This document shows positions 9,298 to 18,293 of a DNA stretch of 64,000 nucleotides, piece after piece. Within the stretch, counting starts at the first letter, position 1, and every line of letters starts with the position of its first letter. The stretch is from Candidatus Micrarchaeota archaeon CG1_02_47_40 (GTDB lineage: Archaea > Micrarchaeota > Micrarchaeia > Anstonellales > CG1-02-47-40). A program made the position numbers and the translations under genes. The DNA lies in NCBI GenBank assembly GCA_001871475.1, contig MNVE01000016.1, positions 197,343 through 261,342 of the forward strand, written 5' to 3'. The notes under the pieces were generated by a model. That model was not told the DNA's origin. It saw only the letters and a program-made list of their open reading frames with translations, and did not search any database.

Positions 9298-9840
9298 ATG
9301 GAAAGGAAGCAGATAGCCGAAGGAGTTTGGCAATTGCAAGAAGAGGGAACGCTTTGCACAAATGCTTATCTTCTTGAGAGCGGAGGGGGGAAGAGGTTGC
9401 TAGTGGATTCTGGATGCGGAAATCTGGATTTTGATTTCACGCCAGACATTTGCATACTTACACATGGGCATTTTGACCATACCGGGGGAGTTGAGAAAGA
9501 ATGGAAGAGAGTTTATCTGCATGTGAAGGAGTTTGGGTTTCAGGGAGCGTATATTCGCATACCGAAGAATGCAAAGAAGATTGATTTTGATGTTCTTTCG
9601 TTTCCCCCTTTTTCCCTTGAAATAATACACACACCAGGGCATACTCCGGGAAGCATCTGCATTTTTGAGAGGAAGAACGGGATTCTTTTTTCAGGGGATA
9701 CGAAATTTGCGGGTGAGGGAGTGGGGAGAACTGATTTAGGGGGAAGTGAAGAAGAAATAGAGGAGTCGCTTAAGAAAATTGAGGGAATACCCTACAAATT
9801 GCTCTGCCCTGGGCATAATGAATGCGAGGAGAGGGAGTAA
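9298..9840 (+). CDS. MBL-fold metallo-hydrolase
   Basis: Contains the ILTHGHFDHTGG motif. 180 aa. Confidence 0.7.
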   Translation: MERKQIAEGVWQLQEEGTLCTNAYLLESGGGKRLLVDSGCGNLDFDFTPDICILTHGHFDHTGGVEKEWKRVYLHVKEFGFQGAYIRIPKNAKKIDFDVLSFPPFSLEIIHTPGHTPGSICIFERKNGILFSGDTKFAGEGVGRTDLGGSEEEIEESLKKIEGIPYKLLCPGHNECEERE

Positions 9841-9843
9841 GGA

Positions 9844-10458
9844 ATGCAAAAAGAATACGGAAAACTGAAAGGGAAAATAGAAAAAAGGCTGAAGGAGTTT
9901 AGAGGGATTGGAAGGAGAGGAGGGAAACGCCTCTTCCCCGAACTCTGCTTCTGCCTGCTTACTCCTCAATCAAGCGCGAGAAAGTGCGATAAGGCTGTTA
10001 GGGGGATTGGCGTTTCGGGTTTGCACTTTGCTTCTGCAAAAAAAATTGCTCTTGTTCTGAAAGAATGCGGGGTGCGGTTTCACAATAATAAGGCAGGGTA
10101 TATCATTTGTGCAAGAGGGACTGATGTCGGCGGAGTAATCGCACTTGCGAGAAAGGATGCGAAGAAGGCGCGCGAGGTTTTGGTAAAAAACGTGAAGGGA
10201 TTGGGGTATAAGGAAGCCTCGCACTTTTTGAGAAATATTGGGTTTGGGGAGAATCTTGCAATACTGGATAGGCATATTTTGAGAAATATGAAAAGAGAAG
10301 GGGTAATAAGCGGGAAAGAGGCGGAGAAAGTTGCAGGGAGAAAGAAGTATCTTGAGCTGGAGAAAAAATTCATTGCGCTTGCAGGAAAAAAGAAAATCCC
10401 GCCTTCGCACCTTGATTTGCTCTTTTGGGCAAGGGAAACAGGGGAAATTTTCAAATAG
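9844..10458 (+). CDS. ogg: N-glycosylase/DNA lyase, archaeal Ogg2-type 8-oxoguanine DNA glycosylase (HhH-GPD)
   Basis: Contains GLGYKEASHFLRNIGFGENLAILDRHI (HhH plus catalytic Lys/Asp). About 200 aa, typical Ogg2 size. Confidence 0.65.
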   Translation: MQKEYGKLKGKIEKRLKEFRGIGRRGGKRLFPELCFCLLTPQSSARKCDKAVRGIGVSGLHFASAKKIALVLKECGVRFHNNKAGYIICARGTDVGGVIALARKDAKKAREVLVKNVKGLGYKEASHFLRNIGFGENLAILDRHILRNMKREGVISGKEAEKVAGRKKYLELEKKFIALAGKKKIPPSHLDLLFWARETGEIFK

Positions 10459-10599
10459 GGGAGCGGAATTCCACCCTACAGCGTTGCAGAAAAGTTCTGC
10501 AACACTTATTGCAAACCAGAAGACGTAGGAGGGTGAGAACTTAGTTGCATTACTTTTCTGGTTTGCAATAATTTGCTTTATAAACTGCTTTTTGCATAA

Positions 10600-10821
10600 G
10601 TGTTTTCTATGGGAAGAGAGGAGGGGTTAGAGAAAGACTCGCTGGACAAACGGAAGTTTGCCTTGGAGTTTGAGAATACCCTCTTAAAAGCAAAGGCGCG
10701 GGCATATTCAAAAGTTTCGTTGGAACGACCCCTAACCGATTCCCAGCATAAGGATTATGCGGATACTGTAAAAAAACTGCTTGGAAAAGATAAAACGAGG
10801 AATGTTATCAAAACTTTTTAG
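10600..10821 (+). CDS. hypothetical protein
   Basis: 73-aa ORF, no similarity recognised. Preceded by two nested hairpins at 10487-10567. Confidence 0.25.
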   Translation: MFSMGREEGLEKDSLDKRKFALEFENTLLKAKARAYSKVSLERPLTDSQHKDYADTVKKLLGKDKTRNVIKTF

Positions 10822-10830
10822 AGGGGGATT

Positions 10831-11790
10831 ATGATTCTTCTAACAGGCGCAACCGGTCGGCTTGGGGGGGCGGTTTTGGAGAAGCTGGTTAAAGGAAAGA
10901 AGAAGGTAAGGGTTCTGGTGCGGGATAAGGAAAAGATGGGGGGCTTAGCTAAGGGAGTTGAAATTGCAGAAGGAGATATTTGCAAGATGGAAAGTTTGAA
11001 GGGGGCATTTGAAGGCGTTGATTCCGTAATACACTGCGCCGGCAGCGTGAATTTTGCAGATGAAGAGGAAATGATGAGAATTAATGCAGAAGGAACAGGA
11101 AATGTGTTGCAGGCGTGCGCGGAAAGCGGCGCGAAAATAAAGCGTTTCATCCACTGCTCTTCTATTACCGTCTATGGGAAAAATATTGAAGGAAGGGAAA
11201 TTGGCGAGGAAGAACCTGCTCATCCTGACAGCATATACGCAAAAAGCAAGTATGAAGCGGAAGAGGAGTGTAAAAAATTTGCCGAGAAGTTTCCGATAAC
11301 GATTCTGCGCTTGGGAGTCATTTACGGAAAGGGGTTTGAAGCAGGGTATGGGGAAGTGCTGGAGAGAATAAGGAAGGGGGAGATGAAGGTAATTGGCAGG
11401 GGAGATAATGTCGTTCCCCTTGTGCATGTGGAAGATGCTGCGGATGCGATTGTAAAGGCGCTTGAAGGAAAGGAAAGGAAGGAGAAAAAAGGGAAAGAAG
11501 CAGGGGGAGGCGGGTGCAGGATTTACAATATTGTCGGAGAAAAGAAAACGCAACGCGAATTATATGAAATTTCTGCAGAAGCATTGGGAGTAAGCGCGCC
11601 AAGGGGAAGCGTTAGCGTATTTTTAGCAAGGATGATAGCAAATCTTTCGGGAAAGAGGGAGCTTTTAGAATACATGAACATTCTTTCTTCGGACAGGCAA
11701 TTCTCTGTAAAGAAGGCAGAAGAAGAACTGAAATGGAAGGCGAAAATAGGGCTTGGGAAAGGGATAAAAGGGGTTGTTGAGCACTTATAA
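10831..11790 (+). CDS. NAD(P)-dependent epimerase/dehydratase family protein (SDR)
   Basis: Begins with the Rossmann fingerprint MILLTGATGRLGGAVLEKL. Confidence 0.7.
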   Translation: MILLTGATGRLGGAVLEKLVKGKKKVRVLVRDKEKMGGLAKGVEIAEGDICKMESLKGAFEGVDSVIHCAGSVNFADEEEMMRINAEGTGNVLQACAESGAKIKRFIHCSSITVYGKNIEGREIGEEEPAHPDSIYAKSKYEAEEECKKFAEKFPITILRLGVIYGKGFEAGYGEVLERIRKGEMKVIGRGDNVVPLVHVEDAADAIVKALEGKERKEKKGKEAGGGGCRIYNIVGEKKTQRELYEISAEALGVSAPRGSVSVFLARMIANLSGKRELLEYMNILSSDRQFSVKKAEEELKWKAKIGLGKGIKGVVEHL

Positions 11791-11806
11791 GGAGAAGGTG
11801 ATTTTC

Positions 11807-12583
11807 ATGAAAGTTGAGCAGTATATTCACGAGAGAATTGCAAAGCAGGGAGCTATGCTCTTTTGCTTGATTGACCCGCTGGATTATCCTTCTTTAGAAG
11901 AGGCAATAAAGGCGGGAGTTGCTTCTGCAAAAGGAGGAGCAGATATAATTCTGGTCGGGGGAAGCATGGGGGTGCAGGGAGAGGCGCTGGATAAGGTGGT
12001 GAAGGGAATTAAGGAGAAAATCTCCGTTCCTTTAGTGCTTTTTCCCGGAAATATCACTACTTTCTCAAAATATGCGGATGGAGTTTATTTCATGTCAATG
12101 CTGAATTCAAGGAATCCGTATTGGATTACTGGAGCGCAGACTTTGGCAGCAGGAGAGGTTGCAAAGAGCAAGGTGGAGGCATTGCCTGTTGGTTATATTG
12201 TAGTGGAGCCTGGAGGAACCGTCGGCTGGGTTGGGGATGCGAAATTAATCCCAAGAGGAAAGCCCAAAGTGGCTGCTGCGCTTGCGCTTGCAGGGCAGTG
12301 CATGGGATTTAGGATGATACTCACGGATGCTGGAAGCGCGCCAAAGGAAGGGCATATTCCCGAAGAGATGGTAAGGGCGGTCGCGGGAGTGCTGAAGGTG
12401 CCTTATATTGTAGGGGGAGGAGTTAGAACACCGGAGCAGGCAAGAAGAGTGATTGCCGCAGGAGCGGATGCAATACAGGTGGGAACTGCGCTTGAAGAGA
12501 AGGGAGGAGTAGAAGAGAAAGTGAAGGAACTAAAAAAAGCGGTGCTGGAAGGGGCGAAGGAGAGAAAATTTAAGAAATGTTAG
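11807..12583 (+). CDS. geranylgeranylglyceryl phosphate synthase (PcrB/GGGPS family)
   Basis: Contains GADIILVGGS and a C-terminal phosphate-binding VGGGVRTPEQARRVIAAGADAIQVGT motif. Archaeal ether-lipid enzyme. The start was moved to MKVEQY to avoid overlap with the upstream gene. Confidence 0.8.
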   Translation: MKVEQYIHERIAKQGAMLFCLIDPLDYPSLEEAIKAGVASAKGGADIILVGGSMGVQGEALDKVVKGIKEKISVPLVLFPGNITTFSKYADGVYFMSMLNSRNPYWITGAQTLAAGEVAKSKVEALPVGYIVVEPGGTVGWVGDAKLIPRGKPKVAAALALAGQCMGFRMILTDAGSAPKEGHIPEEMVRAVAGVLKVPYIVGGGVRTPEQARRVIAAGADAIQVGTALEEKGGVEEKVKELKKAVLEGAKERKFKKC

Positions 12584-12631
12584 AATGAACGCAACTTATA
12601 CTATTTTATAATTATCGTTCATTATATATCC

Positions 12632-13276
12632 ATGGAAATCCCCCTGCAGAACAGATTGAAGAAGAAAGCGCACGTAGAGTTGGCTAGTTTGCAGGATGAG
12701 GCGGTTGAGATTATTTACTCTCTTTTTCCCAAAATAGTCTTTCATGGAGGAACCTGCATCTGGCGCTGTTATGGGGGAAACCGCTTTTCGGAGGATTTGG
12801 ATTTTTATCTTGCGGGTGAGAATTTTGAGGAAGGAAGCTTAAGGCAGGCGCTTGAGGGAAGGGGGCTTTCGCTTGTAAAATTCAAAAAGACGGCAAATCT
12901 TATTTTCGCAAAAATTTCCTCCCCTGAAGCGCAAATAAGGCTTGAGATAAACCTTTCGACAAAAAAAGAGGGACTGCTGCGCCCCTATGAAAAGGCTGGC
13001 GGCGCCGTTATGGAAGTGCTGTGCCTGCCTGCGGAAGAGCTGCTGATGGAAAAATTGTCCGCATATGAAAACAGAAGGCTCGTGCGGGATTTGTATGATG
13101 TGTGCCATTTGAGCAGGATTGCGAATGTGCACGAGAAGGAAGCGGGAAAAATAAAGAAATTCCTGCAGAATCCGCCAAAACCGATTGATGAAAAAAATCT
13201 GAAGGCGATTGTGTATATGGGAGCGGTTCCGACTTATGAACAGATGCTTGAAATGCTGCGAGGCAGATTTGCATGA
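12632..13276 (+). CDS. nucleotidyltransferase, AbiEii/AbiGii toxin family (DUF1814)
   Basis: Contains the DUF1814 NTase core GGTCIWRCYGGNRFSEDLDFYL. Its stop codon overlaps the start of the next gene. Confidence 0.7.
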   Translation: MEIPLQNRLKKKAHVELASLQDEAVEIIYSLFPKIVFHGGTCIWRCYGGNRFSEDLDFYLAGENFEEGSLRQALEGRGLSLVKFKKTANLIFAKISSPEAQIRLEINLSTKKEGLLRPYEKAGGAVMEVLCLPAEELLMEKLSAYENRRLVRDLYDVCHLSRIANVHEKEAGKIKKFLQNPPKPIDEKNLKAIVYMGAVPTYEQMLEMLRGRFA

Positions 13277-13866
13277 AATACCTAAAGGAATTCAGGGAAA
13301 GGTTTGCAAAAAGGGAAGTATTCACGTCGCGGGATGTAAAGATGTATCTTGGGGAAATGGGGGCATCGGATGAGTATGTAAATCTGCTTCTGCACAATTT
13401 GGTGAAAAGAGGGGAGATAAAGAGGATAAAGAAGGGCGCATACACTTTTTCGGATGAGATAACTTGTGTGGGGTTCGCGTATTCTCCTTTTTATTACGGA
13501 TTGCAGGACGCGCTTTCGGTGCATAATTTATGGGAGCAGGAAGCAAATCCGATAGTGATTACTCCAAGGAGAGTCAGGCAGGGGATGCGCTCTTTTGAGG
13601 GAAGGAATTATCTGGTTAGGAGAATTGAAAGAAAGATGTTTTTCGGATTTGGGCAGAAAAAATGTTCGGGAAGGTTTCTGCCGGTTTCGGATATGGAGAA
13701 AACTTTGATTGATTTTTTTTATTTCAGGGAGAGGCTGTCCGGGGAAGTGGTGAAGGAGATGAAGGGGAAGGTGAAGAGGAAGGTGCTTGAGGAGTATTTG
13801 AAGAGATGCCCGAAAAGGATTGCGGGAATTGTTAAAAATGCACTGCGCCATAAGGCAGTTGAATAG
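13273..13866 (+). CDS. AbiEi-like antitoxin / transcriptional regulator (wHTH)
   Basis: The N-terminal wHTH (FTSRDVKMYLG...LVKRGEIKRIKKGAYTF) is typical of the AbiEi/COG5340 family. It is translationally coupled to the NTase gene. Confidence 0.55.
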   Translation: MKYLKEFRERFAKREVFTSRDVKMYLGEMGASDEYVNLLLHNLVKRGEIKRIKKGAYTFSDEITCVGFAYSPFYYGLQDALSVHNLWEQEANPIVITPRRVRQGMRSFEGRNYLVRRIERKMFFGFGQKKCSGRFLPVSDMEKTLIDFFYFRERLSGEVVKEMKGKVKRKVLEEYLKRCPKRIAGIVKNALRHKAVE

Positions 13867-13872
13867 GAGGTT

Positions 13873-15477
13873 TTGCCTATGCCAAAAACGGAAAAAGATA
13901 TTTTTGTCTGCGACACTTCAGTAGTGGTGGATGGAAGGGTAGTTGAGCTTGTTAGGGAAGGGAAAGTGAAGGGAGTAGTAGTAATACCGAATGCTGTTCT
14001 TGCGGAGCTGGAGCATCAGGCAAATGCGGGAAAAGAAACCGGGTTTGCGGGATTGGGGGTTTTGCAGAAATTAAAGGAAATGCAAAAAGAGTTTGAGATA
14101 GAAATACAGATGAGGGGCAGCAGACCGTCTCCCTCGCAGATAGAGTATGCGAAAAGAGGGGAAATTGATGCGGAAATAAGAGGGATGGCTGCACTGCTTG
14201 GGGCAACGCTTATTACAGGGGATACGGTGCAGAAAGAAGTGGCGCTTGTGGAGGGGGTGAAAACACTCTACCTTCACACGCACGAGGTAGCAAAGGATTT
14301 GAGCTTCAAGAAGTATTTCGCTGAAGGGACGATGTCGGTGCATTTGAGGGCAGGCGCGATTCCGATGGCGAAAATAGGAAAGCCGGGAGCTGTGAAGCTT
14401 GTTCCCTGCGGGGAGGGAAAGCTGACTACTGATGATGTAAAGAAGATGGCAACGGAAATAGTGGAGGCAACGGAGAGGAATAAGGAGTATTATTTTGAAA
14501 TAGACAGGAGGGGAGCGGCAGTCATACAGATGGGAAGGTATAGGATAGTGATTACAAAGCCTCCTTTCTCTGATGGGTTTGAAATAACTTTAGTAAGACC
14601 AGTAATGAGCAGGAAAATTGAAGAGTATAAGATGAGTGAGAAACTAAAGGAAAGGCTTTCAAAACAGGCGGAGGGAGTTATAGTGTGCGGCCCGCCCGGA
14701 AGCGGAAAAAGCACCTTTGCGGCTGCGCTTGCGAATTATTACTCCTCCTTGGGAAAGATAGTGAAGACAATGGAATCGCCAAGGGATTTGCAGGTAGGGG
14801 ATGAGATTACGCAGTATGCTCCGCTGGAAGGGAAATTCGAGCTTACAAATGACATAATGCTGCTGGTGCGCCCTGACTATTCCATATATGATGAGATGAG
14901 AAAAACGGATGATTTTGAAGTGTATGCGGATATGAGGATGGCTGGCATTGGATTGGTGGGGGTGTTGCACGCAAACCGCACGATAGATGCTGTGCAGCGC
15001 TTCATAAACCGCATTGACTTGGGAGTGATTCCGCAGGTAGTTGATACGATAATAATGATTAGAGGAGGGGAAGTGGCGCAGGTGTATTCAATGAACTTCA
15101 AGGTGAAGGTGCCAACTGGAATGGTGGAAGAAGATTTGGCGCGCCCTGTAATTGAGGTAAAGGAGTTTGAAACCGGAAAGCTGGAGTATGAAATTTACAA
15201 ATTCGGGGAGGAAACGGTTGTTTTGCCTATTTCGGAGGAGATGGAGAAGGCAAGCGCGCGCGCTTCAGAGCCAATTGATGAGGAGGCAGCTGCGCAAAGG
15301 ATAGAGAAGGCGCTTGGAAGGATTGTAAAGCACGGGTATGAGCTTGAGTTTAGGGGAAGAAAGGCAGTCATACACGTGCACAAGAAGGATATACCAAAAA
15401 TTATCGGGAGAGGCGGAGAGAATATCTCGCGCATTGAAAAGGAAGTAGGAGTAAAAATTGACGTGAAGGAGATATGA
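13873..15477 (+). CDS. PIN domain - P-loop ATPase - KH domain protein (COG1855, PilT-like ATPase)
   Basis: The N-terminal PIN (IFVCDTSVV..D) is followed by a Walker A motif (CGPPGSGKST) and a C-terminal KH domain (IIGRGGENISRIEKEVGVKIDV). Confidence 0.75.
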   Translation: MPMPKTEKDIFVCDTSVVVDGRVVELVREGKVKGVVVIPNAVLAELEHQANAGKETGFAGLGVLQKLKEMQKEFEIEIQMRGSRPSPSQIEYAKRGEIDAEIRGMAALLGATLITGDTVQKEVALVEGVKTLYLHTHEVAKDLSFKKYFAEGTMSVHLRAGAIPMAKIGKPGAVKLVPCGEGKLTTDDVKKMATEIVEATERNKEYYFEIDRRGAAVIQMGRYRIVITKPPFSDGFEITLVRPVMSRKIEEYKMSEKLKERLSKQAEGVIVCGPPGSGKSTFAAALANYYSSLGKIVKTMESPRDLQVGDEITQYAPLEGKFELTNDIMLLVRPDYSIYDEMRKTDDFEVYADMRMAGIGLVGVLHANRTIDAVQRFINRIDLGVIPQVVDTIIMIRGGEVAQVYSMNFKVKVPTGMVEEDLARPVIEVKEFETGKLEYEIYKFGEETVVLPISEEMEKASARASEPIDEEAAAQRIEKALGRIVKHGYELEFRGRKAVIHVHKKDIPKIIGRGGENISRIEKEVGVKIDVKEI

Positions 15478-16070
15478 TAATCAACCTCCGGTCTGATTTT
15501 GAGGATGCTTTTCTTTCCGCAAAGAAAGCGCTTAAGGCAGGGAAGCTGATTATTTACCCTACGGATACGGTTTATGGGATTGGGTGCGATGCTACAAACA
15601 ATGAGGCAGTTGGAAAGGTTTATGAAGCAAAAGGAAGGGGCGAAGATTCTCCACTCTCCGTTGTGATGGCGGATTTGAAAATGATAGGGGAGTATTGCGA
15701 AGTGAGGCAGGTGGATGAAGTGTATATGCACGAGCATCTGCCGGGCCCTTATACTTTCATACTCAAGTGCAAAGAAGGAAAGGAATTGCCCGTATCGCGC
15801 AACGGGAAGATTGGCGTAAGGGTGCCTGACCATTTCTTCTGCATTACCTTGAGCAGGCAGTTGAAAGTGCCTATTGTTTCCACAAGCGCGAATTTGAGCG
15901 GGAAGCCCCCACCTACTTGTGTTGAGGAGATTGACAAGAAAATTGCAGACGCAGTCTCCCTTATTCTGGATGGGGGAAAATGCAAGCACTCAAAGCCCTC
16001 CACTGTTGTTGATTTGGTGGAGAGCAAAATTTTGAGAGCGGGAGCGGAAGGGGGAAGGAATCCTTTTTGA
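15474..16070 (+). CDS. tsaC: L-threonylcarbamoyladenylate synthase (Sua5/YrdC/TsaC family)
   Basis: Contains YPTDTVYGIGCDATN and a later ...SANLSG motif. YrdC domain only, no Sua5 C-terminal domain. Confidence 0.8.
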   Translation: MIINLRSDFEDAFLSAKKALKAGKLIIYPTDTVYGIGCDATNNEAVGKVYEAKGRGEDSPLSVVMADLKMIGEYCEVRQVDEVYMHEHLPGPYTFILKCKEGKELPVSRNGKIGVRVPDHFFCITLSRQLKVPIVSTSANLSGKPPPTCVEEIDKKIADAVSLILDGGKCKHSKPSTVVDLVESKILRAGAEGGRNPF

Positions 16071-16079
16071 ATCGGTATT

Positions 16080-16280
16080 TTTATGCCCGTTTATTTTGAG
16101 GCGTATGGCGAGGTTTTATTTGGAACGCGTATGAAATGCCCGTTTATTTTGAGCGGAGTTTAGTTTGAATGGAATTTATTTTGAGGCGGATTTGATATGG
16201 CTGTTTATTTTGAGTCGCTGGAGTTTGAACTTTTGGCGCCAAACGCCAAAATTCAAATTTTGACGCCCAAGCGTCAAAAG
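16080..16280 (+). promoter_or_regulatory. repeat/palindrome cluster: 4x (G/A)TTTATTTTGAG direct repeats and two tandem perfect palindromes
   Basis: The 18-mer ATGCCCGTTTATTTTGAG occurs twice (16083-16100, 16136-16153). Related 12-mers sit at 16174-16185 and 16203-16214. The palindromes are TTTTGGCG-CCAAA-CGCCAAAA (16231-16251) and TTTTGACGC-CCAA-GCGTCAAAA (16258-16279). Confidence 0.5.
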
Positions 16281-16853
16281 TTTGAAGTCTTTGAGGATGT
16301 TTACCCTCCTTCTGAAGAGAGCTTTCTTCTTGCGAAGTATGCAAGAAAGCTGAAGGGGAAAATATTGGAAATTGGATGCGGGTGCGGATTTCTTTCTGTA
16401 ATAAATGCGCAGGAGAATAGGGAGAATGAAGTGATTGGAGTGGATGTGAATGAAGAGGCGGTGAGAAATGCTAAAGAAAATGCGAAAAGGAACGGAGTAA
16501 AGAATTGCGTATTCGTTGAGGGAAATCTGTTCAGGGGAATAAATGGAAAGTTTGATTGGATTATTTCAAACCCGCCTTACCTGCCTACTGCAAAGAATGA
16601 AAAACTGCACGGGAAGATAAATCTTGCGTTTGACGGGGGGAAGGATGGAAGGAAGGTTATTGACCGGCTGGTGCAAGAGGCAGGGGAACATCTGAAAGAA
16701 GAAGGAGGACTGTTGCTCCTTGACTCTTCACTTGATGATACTAATAAAACGGTTAAAATGCTCAAAGAAGAAGGGTTTGCAGTTGAAGTCTTGGAAAAGG
16801 AAAGGCATTTCTTTGAGGAATTAAGCGTATTGAAAGCGGTGAAGGTTTTATGA
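16197..16853 (+). CDS. HemK/Mtq2-family N5-glutamine methyltransferase (release-factor methyltransferase-like); start uncertain
   Basis: Contains VYPPSEESFLL, the SAM-binding ILEIGCGCGFLSV, and the ISNPPYLP catalytic motif. The annotated first 30 codons overlap the repeat/palindrome cluster, so the true start may lie downstream. Confidence 0.7.
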   Translation: MAVYFESLEFELLAPNAKIQILTPKRQKFEVFEDVYPPSEESFLLAKYARKLKGKILEIGCGCGFLSVINAQENRENEVIGVDVNEEAVRNAKENAKRNGVKNCVFVEGNLFRGINGKFDWIISNPPYLPTAKNEKLHGKINLAFDGGKDGRKVIDRLVQEAGEHLKEEGGLLLLDSSLDDTNKTVKMLKEEGFAVEVLEKERHFFEELSVLKAVKVL

Positions 16854-17533
16854 AAGCAAAAAGCGTTAGGATTGTTTTGGTTGAGCCCGAATATGAAATA
16901 AATTTAGGGCATTGCGCCCGCGCGATAGCTAATTTTGGCTTTAGCGAGCTGTATTTGGTGAATCCGCAGTGCAACCATCTGGGTTTTGAGGCGAAGAAGT
17001 ATTCCAAACATGCCCTTGAGATACTGGAGAAGGCGAAAGTTGTGAAAAGCCTGAAAGGGGCGGTGAAGGGCTGTTCTCTTGTAATCGGCACGAGCGGCAT
17101 TCTCAACAGACACAAGGGAACGGTAAGGAACCCTATTTCGTCTAAAGAGATTGGAAAGGCAGTTGGAAAGGGAAGGATTGCAATTCTCTTTGGAAGGGAA
17201 GGCATAGGCTTAAGGGAAAAGGAGATAGATGCGTGCGATTTGCTGGTGCATATTCCAACGCACCGCACTTATTCTGTTATGAATATTTCGCATGCGCTTG
17301 CAATAATGCTTTATGAAATTTCCGCGCTGAAACTGCAGGATGGAAAGGAATTTGCGAATGAGAGGGAGAGAAAAACTGCAATAAAGTATTTTACTGAATT
17401 GGCAAAAAAGGCGGGAATGAGAAATCCCAGAAAAACTTCCACTGCATTCAAAAGACTGCTTGGGAGGGCAAACCCCACGAAATTGGAGATAAACTGCGTT
17501 TTGGGGGTTTTGAGAAGGATAGCCGAGGCATGA
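16850..17533 (+). CDS. SpoU/TrmH-family tRNA/rRNA 2'-O-methyltransferase (aTrmJ-like)
   Basis: Begins RIVLVEPEYEINLGHCARAIANFGFSELYLVNP. SPOUT fold with a C-terminal helical extension. Confidence 0.7.
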   Translation: MKAKSVRIVLVEPEYEINLGHCARAIANFGFSELYLVNPQCNHLGFEAKKYSKHALEILEKAKVVKSLKGAVKGCSLVIGTSGILNRHKGTVRNPISSKEIGKAVGKGRIAILFGREGIGLREKEIDACDLLVHIPTHRTYSVMNISHALAIMLYEISALKLQDGKEFANERERKTAIKYFTELAKKAGMRNPRKTSTAFKRLLGRANPTKLEINCVLGVLRRIAEA

Positions 17534-17585
17534 AAGAAAGGTTTATATTCTTTTAATACCAAAAAAGCATGAAAAAGGTATTAAT

Positions 17586-17792
17586 ATGACAAATATGAGC
17601 GTTAATTTTGAGGGGTATGTTGAGGAGGTGATGGGGAGGGCGATAAAGAGGGGAATTGTGAAAACGAAGATAGAAGCGTTGAGATTAGGGCTGATATTGC
17701 TTGATGAGAAGTTTAAACTGCATGAGAAAGAAGAAGATGGCGATGATGGAGATTATTTTGGGAAAAAAGAAATGCAGAAAATGAAAAAGTAG
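17586..17792 (+). CDS. ribbon-helix-helix antitoxin-like protein (orphan; paralog of 45963-46226)
   Basis: The N-terminal beta-strand plus two helices (MSVNFEGYVEEVMGRAIKRGIVKTKIEALRLGLILL) align with the RelE-associated antitoxin at 45963. It is followed by an acidic tail. Confidence 0.45.
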   Translation: MTNMSVNFEGYVEEVMGRAIKRGIVKTKIEALRLGLILLDEKFKLHEKEEDGDDGDYFGKKEMQKMKK

Positions 17793-17802
17793 CTTCTTTC
17801 TT

Positions 17803-18168
17803 TTACTTCTTCCTGCTTTTTACAATCTTCACTTTTGAAGGGGTAAGCAGTATCTTGTCGTTGTCAATGCGCGCGATGTCCCCGTTTGTCTTTACCACAT
17901 ACGTCTTCAGCTCGTCAATTATTCTCTTTAATTTGTTTGCCTGCTTTGCAATCGGCGTGACGTTAAGAAGCACTATGTTCTTCCTTTTGAGTTCGTCCTC
18001 TATTACGGAAATGTCCGCCTCACTTTCAAGAGCAATCGGCTTTACGTAAAAGTCGGCAGCTTCATGGAGCACGTCAACGTTTTCCATCTCAACCGTGTCC
18101 ATGTACTCCTCTATATTCATATCCTTTCCCAAACCCAGACCCCGCGAAATTTTTTCAAAGATGCCCAT
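17803..18168 (-). CDS. sepF: cell division protein SepF (DUF552)
   Basis: An internal Met gives a ~121-aa protein, MGIFEKISRGLGLG...YVKPIALESEADISVIEDELKRKNIVLLNV...ARIDNDKILLTPSKVKIV, matching the archaeal SepF architecture. The longer ORF with an upstream Met is probably an artefact. Confidence 0.65.
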   Translation of the reverse strand: MGIFEKISRGLGLGKDMNIEEYMDTVEMENVDVLHEAADFYVKPIALESEADISVIEDELKRKNIVLLNVTPIAKQANKLKRIIDELKTYVVKTNGDIARIDNDKILLTPSKVKIVKSRKK

Positions 18169-18293
18169 AATTGCCACCTCTAGTTTAGCATAAATTCTTG
18201 ATGAATACTGGAGATATTCACACAAAGGATTAATAAGGCTTTTCTTATAAATCTTCGCATAAGTGGGAAATCGGCGGAAAATAACGTGAGCGT

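Noticed and set aside
16080-16220. Possible CRISPR array (short direct repeats TTTATTTTGAG)
   Set aside because: Only four short, imperfect repeats with irregular spacing, no cas genes, and overlap with a gene start. Called a regulatory repeat cluster instead.
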